The notes under the pieces are model-generated. The model was not told where the DNA came from and searched no databases. It saw only the letters and a program-made list of their open reading frames with translations. A stretch of DNA of 64,000 nucleotides from Macrostomum lignano (taxonomy: Eukaryota): the NCBI GenBank assembly GCA_002269645.1, contig NIVC01002416.1, forward strand, positions 1 through 64,000, read 5' to 3'. This document shows positions 24,801 to 36,508 of the stretch, in pieces. Made by a program: the position numbers and the translations under genes. The first letter of the stretch is position 1, and every line of letters begins with the position of its first letter.

Positions 24801-27730
24801 TGTTCAACGACATCCTGGTAGTCGACGGTGACAGCCTGCCATCAGGCGTTACAGCCGAGGATCTAGAAGCCTTCCAAGATCTGTACACGGAGCAGTGCGA
24901 GAGCGTGCTTGACTCGGTGGTCAACCTGCAGTTTCAACAAGTTGAAACAGTCTGGATGGAGTTCTGGAGGAAGGCTGAGAATAGGTTCGTTGATGCTTTT
25001 AACTAAGTTAGTAGTAGTATGTCAAGAGTGGCTTCTGCGTGTATTGAAGGCTATGCAATGAATGTATCTACTTAATGTATGATCTACTCAAATGATCTTT
25101 CAAATATTCTATCCGTGATCTACCCACCATATCTATCCGTGATCTACCCACTATATCTATCCGTGATCTATCCACTATCTCTATACGTCATCTACCCGCT
25201 GTATCTATACGTCATCTACCCACTGTATCTATACGTCATCTACCCACTGTATCTATACGTCATCTACCCACTGTATCTATACGTCATCTACCCACTGTAT
25301 CTATACGTGAATACGAGATCTACCCACTATATCTATCCGTGATCTATCCACTGTATCTATCCGTGATCTGCCTTCTATATCTATCCGTGATCTACCCACT
25401 GTATCTCTCCGTGATATATCCACTGTATCTCTCCGTGATCTATCCACTGTATCTATCCCGACTATCCGTGATCTACCCACTGTATCTATACGTGATCTAT
25501 CCGCTAACCGGTTCCGCAGTTCCGCTGAGTCCAAGCTGCCCAAATCAAAGCTACTAAGCCTGTGCGAGCTGCCGAGCGTTCAGGACTTTGTGCGCGAGTC
25601 TGACTATGCCTTCTACCAGAGCCTAGTAGAGGTGCTCATCCCCAACGTGCTCAGGCCTATTCCCAGCTCGCTGACTCAGGCGATCAGAAATTTTGCCAAA
25701 CAGCTGGAGCCCTGGATGCGGGCCGCCATGACCCAGGTGTGTCGGCCCATGGCCGAGCTCCGCCTCCGGGCTCTGGCCGCTCTGGCCCAGACTTTGCGAC
25801 GGTACACCAGCTTGAATCATTTGGCCCAGGCTGCCAGGGCTGTGCTGGGCAATGCGGCTCAGGTGTGTTGCAAGTATTGATGCCTTTGTGTCTGTCTTGT
25901 TATTGAAACATTATCCCTATCGGGTAGAGGATTATCCCTATCGGGTAGAGGATTATCCCTATCGGATGGAGGATTATTCCTATCGGATGGTGGATTATCC
26001 CTATCGGATGGAAGATTATTCCTAACAGGTAGAGGATTATCCCTATCGGGTGGAGGATTATCCCTATCGGATGGAGGATTATCCCTATCGGGTGGAGGAT
26101 TATCTTGATCGGGTGGAGGATTATCTTGATCGGATGGAGGATTATTCCTATCGGATGGAGGATTATTCCTAACGGGTAGAGGATTATCCCTATCGGATGG
26201 AGGATTATTCCTAACGGGTAGAGGATTATTCCTATCGGATAGAGGATTATCCCTGTCGGGTAGAGGATTATCCCTTTCGGATGGAGGATTATACGTATCG
26301 GATGGAGGATTATCCCTATCAGACGGAGGATTATCCTTATCAGATGGAGGATTATCCCTATCGGATAAAGGGTTATCCCTATCGGATAGATGATTATCCC
26401 TATCGGATAAAGGATTATCCCTATCGGATAGAGGATTATCCCTATCGGATGGAAGATTATCCCTATCGGGTGGAGGATTATCCTTATCAGATGGAGGATT
26501 ATCCCTATCGGATGGAAGATTATCCCTATCGAATGGAGGATTAATCCTTATCAGTTGGTGGATTTATCCTTATCTGATAGAGGATTATCTCTATCGGATG
26601 GAAGATTATCCCTATCGGGTGAAGGATTATCCCTATCGGATGGAGGATTATCCCTATCGGGTGGAGGATTATCCCTATCGGATGGAGGATTTATCTTTAT
26701 CGGTTGGAGGATTATCCCTATCGGATGGAAGATTATCCCTATCGGTTGGAGGATTATCCCTATCGGATAGATGATTATTCTTATCGGGGGAGGATTATCC
26801 GTTATCGTTTGCGAGATGACCCAATAGCAACCAGCCTGTTCTCCCACTGCACTCTGCCTGCAGGTGTCCCAGATGCTGACTGACCTGAGCCGGGTGGACC
26901 TGACCACGGTGCACGAGCAGGCCGGCTGGGTCAGCGGGTGCAGTGGCGCCGCTGTCGACCAGCTGCAGACGGACTTCAAGCGCCTGCTTCGCGACGGCAG
27001 CTCGCTGGAGCAGTGGGCCGACTGGCTCGAGTCCGCCGTGACCTCCGCGCTGGCGCCTCACGAAGACACGGAGCTGCTGGCCCGGGCGGCCAGGCACCTG
27101 CTGCTCAAGTGGAGCCTGTACGCCTCCCTAGTCATCCGGGACCTGACGCTGCGCTCGGCGGCTAGCTTCGGCAGCTTCCACCTGCTCCGCCTGCTGCACG
27201 ATGAATACCTGTTCTACCTGGTTGAGCACCGGGTGGCCGACTACCTGGCCCTGAGTCCCCTGGCCGTCATGGCCGAATTTCGATTGGACCCGGCCGAGCT
27301 GCCGGACACTCGCGGATTCGAGGCCGCCGCTGCCGGCAGTACGACGTCAACTTCTTCTGACCCTGTCGCAGCTGCTGCCGCTGCCGCCGCGGCCGCCGAA
27401 GCCGCTGAAGAGCCGCCAGCGATTCGCATTAAAACTGCCGGCGTTGCAGTCAGCAGCTCGGCCGCGTCAGCCGGAGTGGTCTCTGCTGCCCCTTCCGTCG
27501 CTTCGTCCTCTGCGGCGCCTCTGGCGTCGGTGTCGTCCACGATTGTCGGAGCAGCCAGCACGCAGCCTCGCATCACCGTGTCGCTGCAGCCCGGACCCGC
27601 GCCTCCGTCGTCGTCATCGTCGACTTTCTCGACGCCCACTGGTCGGATCGCCATCCCGCCGAGCGGTAACAGCAGCTCCGCGCCGATGCTTGGCTCGGCC
27701 GACTCGGTGAAGAGGCCGAAGCTTCTATGA
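18871..27730 (+). CDS. RFX: RFX transcription factor (RFX1/2/3, DAF-19-like); exons ~18871-~19010 (donor at 18989 or 19015), 19113-19317, 19761-19835, 19938-20019, 21677-21826, 23224-23405, 24379-24495, 24586-24984, 25520-25863, 26864-27730
   Basis: DNA-binding domain [39 protein letters not shown]...NPASFGKLIRSVFYGLKTRRLGTR|GNSKYHYYGIRIKP. B/C and dimerization domains (IPNVLRPIPSSLTQAIRNFAK, TLRRYTSLNHLAQAARAVL, FLLKWS-like LLKWSLYASLVIRDLTLRSAASFGSFHLLRLL). Splice phases are consistent; the start codon is less certain. Confidence 0.95.
19420..19738. repeat. 29/33-bp minisatellite in an RFX intron
   Basis: Unit tgtttctgactcact(aact)gtctatagatctcg. Confidence 0.9.
20065..21630. repeat. 18-bp G-rich minisatellite in an RFX intron
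   Basis: Unit ggtggggatagagtctca with variant ggtgataagagatagagtctca. Confidence 0.96.
21887..23103. repeat. Near-perfect 30-bp minisatellite, about 40 copies, in an RFX intron
   Basis: Unit ttccactgtgttgtcagtgtgttccaatgc. Confidence 0.98.
23438..24338. repeat. 22-bp minisatellite in the intron splitting the RFX DNA-binding domain
   Basis: Unit gtgtgctcatgattgggatt(c/a)g. Confidence 0.96.
25100..25500. repeat. 24-bp minisatellite in an RFX intron
   Basis: Unit approximately (g/c)atctacccactgtatctatacgt. Confidence 0.92.
25910..26790. repeat. 21-22-bp minisatellite in the last RFX intron
   Basis: Unit gaggattatccctatcggatg. Confidence 0.95.
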
Positions 27731-27774
27731 ATTCAGCGATCGAACTGATAGCCCAGGACTGTTGACAGCCCTAA

Positions 27775-29160
27775 CAGTGACCAATTAGTCATCTGAGTGT
27801 GACCAATTAGTCATCTGTTCTGTGTGTGACCAATTAGTCATCTGAGTGTGACCAATTAGTCATCTGTTCTGTGTGTGACCAATTGGTCATCTGTTCTGTG
27901 TGTGACCAATTGGTCATCTGTTATGTGTGTGACCAATTGGTCATCTGTTATATGTGTGACCAATTGGTCATCTGTTATGTGTGTGACCAATTGGTCATCT
28001 GTTATGTGTGTGACCAATTGGTCATCTGTTCTGTGTGTTACCAATTGGTCATCTGTTATGTGTGTGACCAATTGGTCATCTGTTATGTGTGTGACCAATT
28101 GGTCATCTGTTATATGTGTGACCAATTGGTCATCTGTTATGTGTGTGACCAATTGGTCATCTGTTCTGTGTGTTACCAATTGGTCATCTGTTATGTGTGT
28201 GACCAATTGGTCATCTGAGTGTGACCAATTAGTCATCTGAGTGTGACCAATTAGTCATCTGTTCTGTGTGTGACCAATTAGTCATCTGTTCTGTGTGTGA
28301 CCAATTGGTCATCTGTTCTGTGTGTGACCAATTGGTCATCTGTTATGTGTGTGACCAATTGGTCATCTGTTCTGTGTGTGACCAATTGGTCATCTGTTAT
28401 GTGTGTGACCAATTGGTCATCTGAGTGTGACCAATTAGTCATCTGAGTGTGACCAATTAGTCATCTGAGTGTGACCAATTAGTCATCTGTTCTGTGTGTG
28501 ACCAATTGGTCATCTGTTCTGTGTGTTACCAATTGGTCATCTGTTATATGTGTGACCAATTGGTCATCTGTTATGTGTGTGACCAATTGGTCATCTGTTA
28601 TATGTGTGACCAATTGGCCATCTGTTCTGTGTGTGACCAATTGGTCATCTGTTATATGTGTGACCAATTGGTCATCTGTTATGTGTGTGACCAATTGGTC
28701 ATCTGTTATATGTGTGACCAATTGGCCATCTGTTCTGTGTGTGACCAATTGGCCATCTGTTCTGTGTGTGACCAATTGGTCATCTGTTATATGTGTGACC
28801 AATTGGTCATCTGTTATGTGTGTGACCAATTGGTCATCTGTTATATGTGTGACCAATTGGCCATCTGTTCTGTGTGTGACCAATTGGCCATCTGTTCTGT
28901 GTGTGACCAATTGGTCATCTGTTATATGTGTGACCAATTGGTCATCTGTTATGTGTGTGACCAATTGGTCATCTGTTATATGTGTGACCAATTGGCCATC
29001 TGTTCTGTGTGTGACCAATTGGTCATCTGTTATATGTGTGACCAATTGGCCATCTGTTCTGTGTGTGACCAATTGGCCATCTGTTCTATGTGTGACCAAT
29101 TGGTCATCTGTTATGTGTGTGACCAATTGGTCATCTGTTATATGTGTGACCAATTGGTCA
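27775..29160. repeat. 27-bp minisatellite with a palindromic core, immediately 3' of the RFX stop
   Basis: Unit gtgtgtgaccaattggtcatctgttat, containing TGACCAATTGGTCA. Confidence 0.96.
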
Positions 29161-30984
29161 TTTAAGAGTGATCAATTAGTTATCCCAGTTTGTTCTATTA
29201 TTCATTTCGGTTGGAACAATTAGTCACCTGGAGCTGAAAAGCTATTGATAGACAATTACTCATCTTGACGGCAATGAGCAATTAGTCATATTGATGGCTA
29301 TGAGCAATTTGTTTTGTGTTTAATATTATTGACCATTCTAATGCCAGTTTAACGCCCTTAAGGTCCTATAGCCGCGTTTACTGCATCGGATCAGTTATAG
29401 TCATCCTGTATGAAGACTTCGTCATCTGCTTAAATTGTTAGCCATAGTACTATAAGTAATGCTTGAGCGTATGCATACTGCTATTAAGTTTGTTATTCTC
29501 TTTGGCAGCAAAATGATATCTTATTAATAATTAACTTTGTAATAGCCTTGCGTTTACCTATTTATGTTTATGCATATGCTTAACCTGCAATCAATCAGTT
29601 TGTTGTGCGAACCTAATTGGTTGATTCTAGGAAATACTAATAACTATGACGTCATCATCATCATGCTCTGTAACCTTCCTACTTCTGTGTAATTTTCTCC
29701 ATTATCATTAGCTGCCGCCTGTATTCGATCAGTAATGCGAATTATTATTATTAATTAATCAAACATACAAACTGCACTACTTGAAATCGTACAAGTAGAG
29801 CTGTTTGCGTTTTCATACAATATTTCGTGTTCCACTTATAATCCTAACCAAATTTGCGAATAAATTATTTGTACTGCACAGGGAGCCTTAAGGTGACTTG
29901 GTTGTGCAATTCTAATATGCTGGAATTCAAACTGTATTTTCTACACCTTTGTTATTTTTAGAGTAATGTTATCTGAAGAGTTTATTGAGTGGTGATCAGT
30001 CACTCAGTAACTCCCACTTCTAGACACTGGGGAACAAGTGCCTAGGTATGTACAAAATCGAATAACTCTCACTGGAGCGGCTCCTCTTGTAGTTTGTGGA
30101 CGTCTGGGTCTTTTAGTGTGCAGCGCTGTCTGACTTGGCTGAGCGGTGGCGGCGGCCGGTCCCGGTGAACAGCTTTTGTTTCTTGGGGTCCTTAACTTCA
30201 CGTATCTGTGGGTCGACCAAAACAGGAGCGAATCAGAATTCTTGACGGTCCTCGAGCTCGGAATTCACAATAGAACGTGCGCCCTTATGAACAATTGAAT
30301 TCTTTAAATCTCTGTAGTAGGTCCTCCTGAAGGGCGTCTTCTTCGTTACGTCCGAAACGTAGCGGATAACTCAAATCAACTCAATAAATCCTCTAGGAAT
30401 GTTTCCTAGGAAACAGGGAGGCCTTTCTCAAATGTGTCAACGATAAGTGGCTCTCCTAAACTCAATCAACTGATTAGTGCTATAGTAAAGAACTAAATCG
30501 GGTAACGCTTACCAATCTATCCGGATTTCTTCTCTCAGAGATGAGTCTTCTTTGTTAACGTATTCCAATTTCTTCCTTGAGACCGCTCCGAGTCTGTATT
30601 TTTCACTTTTTTCACCGGATTTTCGCTTATATTTATAGTAAAATTTTGGTGAAAAACAGGTTTAAAATCGGTTATTTACTTCACTTGGGTCGCGTATGTT
30701 TGATTAAGAGGTCATCAATTTTTTATTATTACCATATATGGAATTAAGCAAATAAAACTCCCGAGAACCGGTTTCTTGATCAAATAAACGTTGGACTTAC
30801 GTAGGGCTCTGAGTCACTTCTGTTTGCACATGACTCATTCTAAAAATAGATATGACTCATCATTACTCATTAGATTGCGAGTTTGAAATGATTTTATTGT
30901 AATATTACTTTAAGTAGTGCATTACGGTATGACTAACGGCTCTCATTAGATTAGGAGCGGATTCATTATTATTATTTTCACAAT

Positions 30985-31375
30985 CGATTCTCACCCCTTC
31001 ACAGATCGATTCTCACCCCTCCCATAGATCAATTCTCACGATCACCCCTTCACAGCTCGATTCTCACCCCTTCACAGATCGATTCTCACCCCTTCACAGA
31101 TCGATTCTCACCCCTTCACAGATCGATTCTCACCCCTTCACAGATCGATTCTCACCCCTTCACAGATCGATTCTCACCCCTTCACAGATCGATTCTCACC
31201 CCTTCACAGATCGATTCTCACCCCTTCACAGATCGATTCTCACCCCTTCACAGATCGATTCTCACCCCTTCACAGATCGATTCTCATCCCTTCACAGATC
31301 AATTCTCACCCCTTCACAGATCGATTCTCACCCCTTCGCAGATCGATTCTCACCCCTTCGCAGATCGATTCTCAA
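30985..31375. repeat. 22-bp minisatellite
   Basis: Unit cacagatcgattctcacccctt. Confidence 0.95.
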
Positions 31376-32214
31376 CCATTCGTCACTTCTGTACCTGTCG
31401 CCCCCAGCTATGCTGCGGCTGCCAACTGCCTGGCTTAACTCTGTAGGGTGTCAAAAAAATTTTTGCAGAAAATTTTAATCTATTTGATTCAGGTGTGCCA
31501 CCAGGAGCTTTAATGTTGTCAAGTAGTATAGTCTAGCTAATAAACTGGACTAAACTGGAAGTCTAATTAAAACAAAATAATTGATTAGCAATAGCTTGCA
31601 TTTGTCCAGAGGGCCTCTGAATTATTAAGACTTGATCGTCACACATATCACGAAAGGCGCAACGTCAACTCATTAATAATGGGAATTTAATACTCATTAT
31701 AGAATCCTTCCTATCCCAGCAGCTGACAGTCCATCCGCCCACGTGGAGGCTGAGAGGATCAGAACTAACGCTAAAAATTTGTTGTTTAGACCTGAAAAGG
31801 TAAAGAAAATCCCTCACTGATCATGCTCCACAAAGGGGCTATCTTTAGATGGGATTAATGATGAAAATAAAGACTTCATGATATCTTACCACTCTCAAAC
31901 GAAAGAGGTGATGTTGTTGATAAATTAACAAAACAACTGTATTAGAGCTATGCTTCCAGGGTGCGCTTGATATATTTTAGAGACGGGCTGCCAGAGGTAA
32001 ATATTAAAATAAATTAAAACCAAAATTACAAGCATAAAACGTATAGTAATTATGAATCCCAGATACTTTTCCTATTACTATTTTCCTATTACTTCGCAAG
32101 TTATCTGGCAGTTGGACAGTGTCCAGACTCCTATAAGGTAAAAAGACTAAGTTTCCTTGTAAAACTAAACTAATATATCGAGATACTGATCAAACAAAGC
32201 GAAATTCTACCGCT

Positions 32215-33302
32215 GTAACCTAAACTGTACCAGCCAAACCTACAGTTGCAACCTAAACTGTACCATCAAAAACCTAGAGTTGCAACCTAAACTGTACCAT
32301 CAAAAACCTAGAGTTGCAACCTAAACTGTACCATCAAAAACCTACAGTTGCAACCTAAACTGTACCATCAAAAACCTAGAGTTGCAACCTAAACTGTACC
32401 ATCAAAAACCTAGAGTTGCAACCTAAACTGTACCATAAAAACCTACAGTTGCAACCTAAACTGTACCATCAAAAACCTAGAGTTGCAACCTAAACTGCAC
32501 CATAAAAACCTACAGTTGCAACCTAAACTGTACCATCAAAAACCTAGAGTTGCAACCTAAACTGCACCATAAAAACCTACAGTTGCAACCTAAACTGTAC
32601 CATAAAAACCTACAGTTGCAACCTAAACTGTACCATCAAAAACCTACAGTTGCAACCTAAACTGCACCATAAAAACCTACAGTTGCAACCTAAACTGTAC
32701 CATCAAAAACCTACAGTTGCAACCTAAACTGTACCATCAAAAACCTACAGTTGCAACCTAAACTGCACCATAAAAACCTACAGTTGCAACCTAAACTGTA
32801 CCATAAAAACCTACAGTTGCAACCTAAACTGTACCATCAAAAACCTACAGTTGCAACCTAAACTGCACCATAAAAACCTACAGTTGCAACCTAAACTGTA
32901 CCATCAAAAACCTACAGTTGCAACCTAAACTGCACCATAAAAACCTACAGTTGCAACCTAAACTGTACCATCAAAAACCTACAGTTGCAACCTAAACTGT
33001 ACCATCAAAAACCTACAGTTGCAACCTAAACTGTACCATCAAAAACCTACAGTTGCAACCTAAACTGTACCATCAAAAACCTACAGTTGCAACCTAAACT
33101 GTACCATAAAAACCTATAGTTGCAACCTAAACTGTACCATCAAAAACCTACAGTTGCAACCTAAACTGTACCATCAAAAACCTACAGTTGCAACCTAAAC
33201 TGTACCATCAAAAACCTACAGTTGCAACCTAAACTGTACCATCAAAACCTACAGTTGCAACCTAAACTGTACCATCAAAACCTACAGTTGCAACCTAAAC
33301 TG
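32215..33302. repeat. 33-34-bp minisatellite
   Basis: Unit aaactgtaccatcaaaaacctacagttgcaacct. Confidence 0.96.
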
Positions 33303-33830
33303 CGTATTTTGCTATAGAAGTCAAACGCAGGTCTAAATGCTGTAGTATCTAGAGGGCAAAATTCAATCACAGTAAAGGTCTGTCTGTCTGTCTTAGTCTG
33401 TTTTTACTTTGGTTTAAATGGGAATTGCTCAAAGCAGAATTTACATCTTAGAAGTCATAACTAAAGGGCACAAAAAGCATTTGCTTAGATGTCTTGCCTT
33501 GAAAATTTTAGCCGGGTCCCGGCTGGACTTTTTGGATATTTCACAGGATTAGATCACAAAGAGAAGACGTAAGCAATAACTGGTTAATTTGAGTGTCGTG
33601 CGAGATTTAAAAGATAAGGGATTGAGTTTGAGGACGCTGTGCGCGTTAAACCAGGGACCTCAGGGATATATTACCATAGATAGAAGGGACACAAAACTCG
33701 CTTTACTGGTTTAATGATGAGGCTGCCTCATCATTAAGACTTTACGAGTCATAGACTTCACGAGGTAACCTCGTGGAACAATGGCCATAGACATTTAAGC
33801 AAGAAAAAACGACTATTTCTCGCGCATTAA

Positions 33831-36007
33831 CAGTAGAACTACCAAGGGGGGGGAAATTTCCCCCCCCCTGACAAATTTTTTTGCTGCGCCGGAACGGAGC
33901 AACGCAGACACACAAAATTCAAGAACACGGGCTAACTTTTTGTTGCGCACCTTCTCAAACAAGAATCAAGTCGCCAGCCCTCCGGACCGTCGAGATATTC
34001 GACGATTCTGCCAGAAGCTCTTTTTTTTCTTATAAGCGCTAGTGTATTCAGTACACCCCTGTGCGCCAATCAGCACTGCGCCTCAGTGCAGCCTTGCCAA
34101 GTCTCCAAATTTCATCAGCACGTCGACCACATGTGTCTGCATCAGCTCTGACTTCGTTGGACACTAGCCTTCACCCAGGCGGAGCTTCTGGACCTTCAAC
34201 AGGTGGCACCAAGTGACTATGGACACTCTGATACGAATTTCTCGAGTTTCGCTGATCAAGCCTCGACAGTGGGCATACCTCAACTGCTAGGTATCCTCAG
34301 CTAGTCTCTCGAGCCTTCCATCATCACCCCGACACCGTCGGCACCTTCAACGGATTACACCAGGTGACTATGAACACCCTGATGCAAATTTCTCTAGTTT
34401 CGCTGATCAAGCCTTGCCAATGGGCAAGCCTCAACCGCGAAACATCTTCAGCTAGTCTCTCAAGCATTCAGTCATCACCCCGACGCCGTCGGCACCTTCA
34501 ACAGATGACACCAGGCGACTATGAACACCTTGATGCGAATTTCTCTAGTTTCGCTGATCAAGCCTCGACAGTGAGCAAGCCTCAACTTCTGGACACCCTC
34601 AGCTAATCTCTCAAGCATTCAGTCATCACTCGGACGCCGTCGGCACCTTCAACAGATGACACCAGGCGACTATGAACACCTTGATGCGAACTTCTCGAGT
34701 TTCACCGATCAAGCCTCGACAGTAGGCAAGCCTCAACTGCCGGACACCCTCAGCTAGTCTCTCAAGCATTCCGTCATCATCCCGACGCCGTCGGCTCCTT
34801 CAACAGATTACAACAGGTGACTATGAACATCCTATTGCAAATATGTCAGGTTTTTCTGATCAAGCTTCAATATTGGGCAAACCTCAACTGCTGGACATCC
34901 TCAGCTAGTCAGTCAAGCATTCCGTCATCACCCCGACGCCGTCGGCACCTTCAACAGGTGGCACCAGGGGAGTAATGACACGTGAGCGTGATTTTTCATC
35001 ATGCTCTTAACGCCGACGGCGTCGGGATGATGACGGAATGCTTGAGAGACTAGCTGAGGGTGTCCGGCAGTTGAGGCTTGCCTACTGTCGAGGCTTGATC
35101 GGTGAAACTCGAGAAGTTCGCATCAAGGTGTTCATAGTCGCCTGGTGTCATCTGTTGAAGGTGCCGACGGCGTCCGAGTGATGACTGAATGCTTGAGAGA
35201 TTAGCTGAGGGTGTCCAGAAGTTGAGGCTTGCTCACTGTCGAGGCTTGATCAGCGAAACTAGAGAAATTCGCATCAAGGTGTTCATAGTCGCCTGGTGTC
35301 ATCTGTTGAAGGTGCCGACGGCGTCGGGGTGATGACTGAATGCTTGAGAGACTAGCTGAAGATGTTTCGCGGTTGAGGCTTGCCCATTGGCAAGGCTTGA
35401 TCAGCGAAACTAGAGAAATTTGCATCAGGGTGTTCATAGTCACCTGGTGTAATCCGTTGAAGGTGCCGACGGCGTCGGGGTGATGATGGAAGGCTCGAGA
35501 GACTAGCTGAGGATACCTAGCAGTTGAGGTATGCCCACTGTCGAGGCTTGATCAGCGAAACTCGAGAAATTCGTATCAGAGTGTCCATAGTCACTTGGTG
35601 CCACCTGTTGAAGGTCCAGAAGCTCCGCCTGGGTGAAGGCTAGTGACCAGCGAAGTCAGAGCTGATGCAGACACATGTGGTCGACGTGCTGATGAAATTT
35701 GGAGACTTGGCAAGGCTGCACTGAGGCGCAGTGCTGATTGGCGCACAGGGGTGTACTGAATACACTAGCGCTTATAAGAAAAAAAAGAGCTTCTGGCAGA
35801 ATCGTCGAATATCTCGACGGTCCGGAGGGCTGGCGACTTGATTCTTGTTTGAGAAGGTGCGCAACAAAAAGTTAGCCCGTGTTCTTGAATTTTGTGTGTC
35901 TGCGTTGCTCCGTTCCGGCGCAGCAAAAAAATTTGTCAGGGGGGGGGGGAAATTTCCCCCCCCCTTGGTAGTTCGACGGGCGGAAAAATGGCTTGGTATT
36001 CCTACTG
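33831..36007. mobile_element. Foldback-type non-autonomous DNA transposon (TTAA-flanked, piggyBac-like ends) with ~960-bp inverted arms
   Basis: 33836-34795 is almost exactly the reverse complement of 35012-35974. TTAA at 33827-33830 and 36008-36011. Imperfect termini CAGTAGAACTACCAAG / CAGTAGGAATACCAAG. Arms contain ~150-bp tandem units. No transposase. Confidence 0.8.
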
Positions 36008-36508
36008 TTAAATGACTATACGCGATTTCGAGCCGCTTAAGCACGCTCTTACTTTTTCAAAAGGCAACGTCAAGAGAGTAGATAACTCGCCTAATTCTCA
36101 TGACCAAATTAATTAGAAAAAGAAAGTTTGATGTCTCCTTTACTTCTCCTCCACTCTGCTTTGATGTCTAACAATGTTTCTTTTTAATTTCAAATTCCGA
36201 CAAAGCAACTGTGTATGCTGGAGGATGCACTACGTTAGTGTTTTGCTTGATAATTTACCTTTCGTCTAGTTTTTTGATAATCTGCTTTTTCTGTTTTCTT
36301 ATGCTGTTTCGCCGTAACAGAAACAAGAAACTGGCCATGGCCAATCATGTGACAAGGCCGTAGAGACTTAGACAGAGGGATAAAAGACAAGAGCATCCCA
36401 TTCCAAGCATCCCATCTACACGATAAGAAAGCCTGTTGAATCGTCAAATCTCCCAGAAAGTCACGCTATGTTCGTTCAGAACTGATAGAGCAAATTGTCT
36501 TACGAAAG

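Noticed and set aside
26795-27710. Alternative-frame and antisense ORFs over GC-rich exons (also over the GPCR, ChaC-B, mariner and GMPS)
   Set aside because: These are expected shadow ORFs caused by high GC3 codon bias.
30000-32140. Scattered short exon-like segments on both strands (for example DFMISYHSQTKE, VRLIYFRDGLPE, LGAVSRKKLEY)
   Set aside because: They could not be joined into a phase-consistent model or a recognisable domain; RNA evidence is needed.
19420-33302. CRISPR-like appearance of 21-34-bp repeats
   Set aside because: The repeats are head-to-tail without unique spacers, there are no cas genes, and the context is eukaryotic.
34364-36044. Identical 80-aa ORFs at 34364 and 35201, and ORF 35772..36044
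   Set aside because: They are mirror images within the foldback arms, with no transposase motifs.
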